Source: Podarcis vaucheri (lineage: Eukaryota). Taken from it: a stretch of 64,000 nt of DNA. The notes under the pieces were generated by a model, which saw only the letters and a list, made by a program, of their open reading frames with translations, made no database searches and was not told where the DNA came from. This document shows, piece by piece, positions 61,527 through 64,000 of the stretch (the first letter of the stretch is position 1; every line of letters begins with the position of its first letter). The position numbers were made by a program, and so were the translations under genes. The stretch lies in NCBI GenBank assembly GCA_965113315.1, contig OZ220371.1; one strand, given 5' to 3'.

Positions 61527-62161
61527 GGTGTGTACGGATTTCATGCCAGAGCAGTGGAGACTTGAGGTGTCTTCTGTCCTAGCTTTTAAGTGACCTCCCC
61601 AATACTCTAACCTAAGGCAGATTCCAAAATGAAGCCCTTTCTGGGGCAATACATCAGCTGAATCAAGTCACGCATCTTTTTCAGCACAGCTCTGCAAACA
61701 AAGGAGAAATTAAGGCTAGTAAGAAGCAGACGTAATTCTCCTTAGATGGTTTGAGCGTATCTCAGAAATGCTGCATAATTTTTTTGCAGCACCCTGCAGT
61801 GATAGTGATTAGTTAAAGTAACACTATGGTCCTGTTATTATTAAATCTTTCCCCCTTTTTTAAAAAAAGAAGCCATTTAAATTATACAGATAGCATAAGG
61901 AATTAATTAAAATGTTGGACAATAACATAATCAGGGATATCTCTATTTGCAGTCTTTCCCCTGTGCTTGCATACATCTTTTGTCTGTCAAGTACAGCAAA
62001 TAGCTAATTAGCCCCCTTTTAAGTGCTTCACTGCTTACATTGGTTGGAAGGCCTACTTTAGCCCAAGAGAAAGAGTTTTCAGATAACTTTGCCACGTGCA
62101 AGTGCCTATTACACATAGGCTTTAAACCAATAGGGATGATAAAATCCAGCCTTATACAACA

Positions 62162-62298
62162 GACAGATAGCTCAGTGGATAGAGCATGAGGCTCTTAATC
62201 TCAGGGTCTTGGGTTTGAGCCCCACATTGGGCAAAAGTTTCATGCATTGCAGGAGATTGGATTACATTACCTTTGTGGTCCAACTCTACAATTCTATG
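62162..62298 (+). mobile_element. tRNA(Lys)-derived SINE with CR1-type tail
   Basis: GATAGCTCAGTGGATAGAGCATGAGGCTCTTAATCTCAGGGTCTTGGGTTTGAGCCCCACATTGGGC, then CAACTCTACAATTCTATG. Confidence 0.8.
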
Positions 62299-63017
62299 GT
62301 GGTCCTCAATAATCAGTGATGGCCCTGTAGGTGAGTGGCTCCTGGCTCCAGGAATTGGGAAGCATGCCAGTTGTGAACAGGGTTGCATTCCTTCTGAATG
62401 AATGCTTTCAGCTGCACAATCTTTGCCTACTGTAACGGTGATACGATGTTTTTATTGGATTGGTTGCTGTTGCAGATTGTCTGCACGCTACTCCTCCCAG
62501 CATTCACTAAAGCAGGTAGGCTGCTTGGTACGTTGCAGAAAATAAGCATATTGTCTGACTTTGGATCTTTGTCTGCATGCCAAACAATTACTTTCCGGAA
62601 GCTTTACCAATCGAAATTATGGCCTGCTTCATTCTGTTTCTGCACATCTCACTCTACTCTCTTCTGCACGCTTAAATGCCTCCTGCAGGCACAAAGTTTG
62701 AGGTGCTGACATGTGGCCAGATCCTGAGCTAGTTAGTCCTTGCTTAGCGTCATGCTCACCCAAGTCAATAATATGTTTTACTAAAAACAACTATTGTTGC
62801 AATTTGTTCCAAGTGCTTTCATTTCTAACATTTGCATGAGCTGTAATTTCAGATTCCTGATTTTTCTTCTTCTCCACAAAGCCCAGATTAGTTTAAATGT
62901 GTTTAGATGCTTCCATCAAACAAAGAAGCCTTATCTCAACATGATGCCCACACATTTTCTCAAGGTACCATTATTGGTTGCAGCAATGCCAATAGAGGCA
63001 GTCAAACAAGAAAAATG

Positions 63018-63200
63018 AACATTTAAGAACATAAGAGCCCTCCAGATCAGGCCAGGGGCCAACCTGTTGCCTACGGGAAACTGGCAAGCAGGATTGAGTG
63101 CTGGAACTCTCTCCCCTTCTGTGGCTTCCAGCAACTGGTATTCAGAATCATTATTACCACCAATGATGAAGGCAGAGCATAACTATCATGGCCAATAGGC
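63018..63200 (-). mobile_element. Older CR1 3' UTR fragment
   Basis: TAAGAACATAAGA tail, GATCAGGCCA..., GGCAAGCAGGATT..., CAGCAACTGGTATTCAGA. Same family as 48405. Confidence 0.7.
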
Positions 63201-64000
63201 AATGTGCGGGGCAGGTGCATCCTCTAGCAGTTTGCAGAATTGGCACAGTGTAATGTGCTAAATAATACACTTTGCAATGAAACCATGCTTTTTTGTAATA
63301 TTTATCCCATGTGTTAAGTCAACCAAACAAACCCATCATGAAATTGGCCCCCGACTAGACCAACATTAGGCTGATTTTAGGCATGCAAAAGTCTCCTGAC
63401 ATTGTCGGTGCAGTACTATTCCTATAAAGCACAGTTGATTATATTTAAATACTTGTGCCTACAGATTAAAGCGTCGGGGAAAGATATTTATGTAAACTTT
63501 CAGGATAGAGAAGGCTCCAGAACAGAAAAATTGTACTATACAATGTCATATGTCATATGGAGCTGACCACAGAAATAGCTCAGGGCGCCACTCTGCTGAA
63601 ATTAACAGCTGTGTGGTGGTGAAATTTCTACACAGGTGAAGAAAAACCTTAGAGCACAAAGCAAAAGGAAGGTTAAGCTACTGAACCATTGCCTAAGAAA
63701 GTAATTATTTCATAGTATACAAACATTGCACTCCCCCCCCCCCGACGAATCTAAATCCAAAGAATTAGGGCTATTGTATCTGATCCTATTCAGTGATGGC
63801 ATTCCTGACACTGAGAAAATCAGGCTGTAAGGTTTTATTTTATTTATTCCTGCTGCTAAGACAGATTTGTGCTTTCTTAAAGTATCACACATCAAGATTT
63901 CCCAGAGAAAAGGATGACTCATACGTGAGGAAATCTTTTAAATGTGCATAAGTTGCAGCACATCCCCCATACATGTTTACCCAGGAGTACTTTCCAGTAT

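Noticed and set aside
62162-62233. tRNA-Lys(CTT) gene (also 60843 and 36270-36341)
   Set aside because: Mutated stems and B-box, and continuation into a CR1-type tail, show these are SINE heads.
1-64000. Naming the host or target gene, a known miRNA, or the exact species
   Set aside because: No exon or mature miRNA I can recognise; the repeats indicate a lacertid-type squamate but do not fix species or locus without alignment.

Overview
Vertebrate, non-coding DNA, almost certainly from a squamate. Sauria SINEs plus the CR1, L1 and MITE repertoire point to a lacertid lizard; the species cannot be proven from the sequence. I find no recognisable host protein-coding exon, functional RNA gene or CRISPR array. 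The window reads like a gene desert or giant intron of a developmental-regulator locus. AT-rich, TE-poor unique blocks carrying PBX-HOX/MEIS motifs (probable conserved non-coding enhancers) alternate with zones rich in Sauria SINEs, tRNA-derived SINEs, CR1/L1/L2 fragments, hAT MITEs (8-bp TSDs), Tigger-like MITEs (TA TSDs) and solo-LTR-like elements. Three things stand out. (1) A single TSD-flanked chimeric insertion (22080-23627) in which a young CR1 3' end is fused to a circularly permuted ~1.37-kb L1-like 5' region; re-joining its two ends restores an in-frame 176-aa ORF, suggesting capture of a circular intermediate. (2) Seven short N-runs in unique enhancer-like DNA, two separated by only 20 bp, that look like post-assembly masking of ultraconserved elements rather than real gaps. 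(3) A perfect 96-bp palindrome with a template-switch (dup-inverted-dup) signature next to a microsatellite. Repeat family names come from recognising sequence features by eye, not from a database search.
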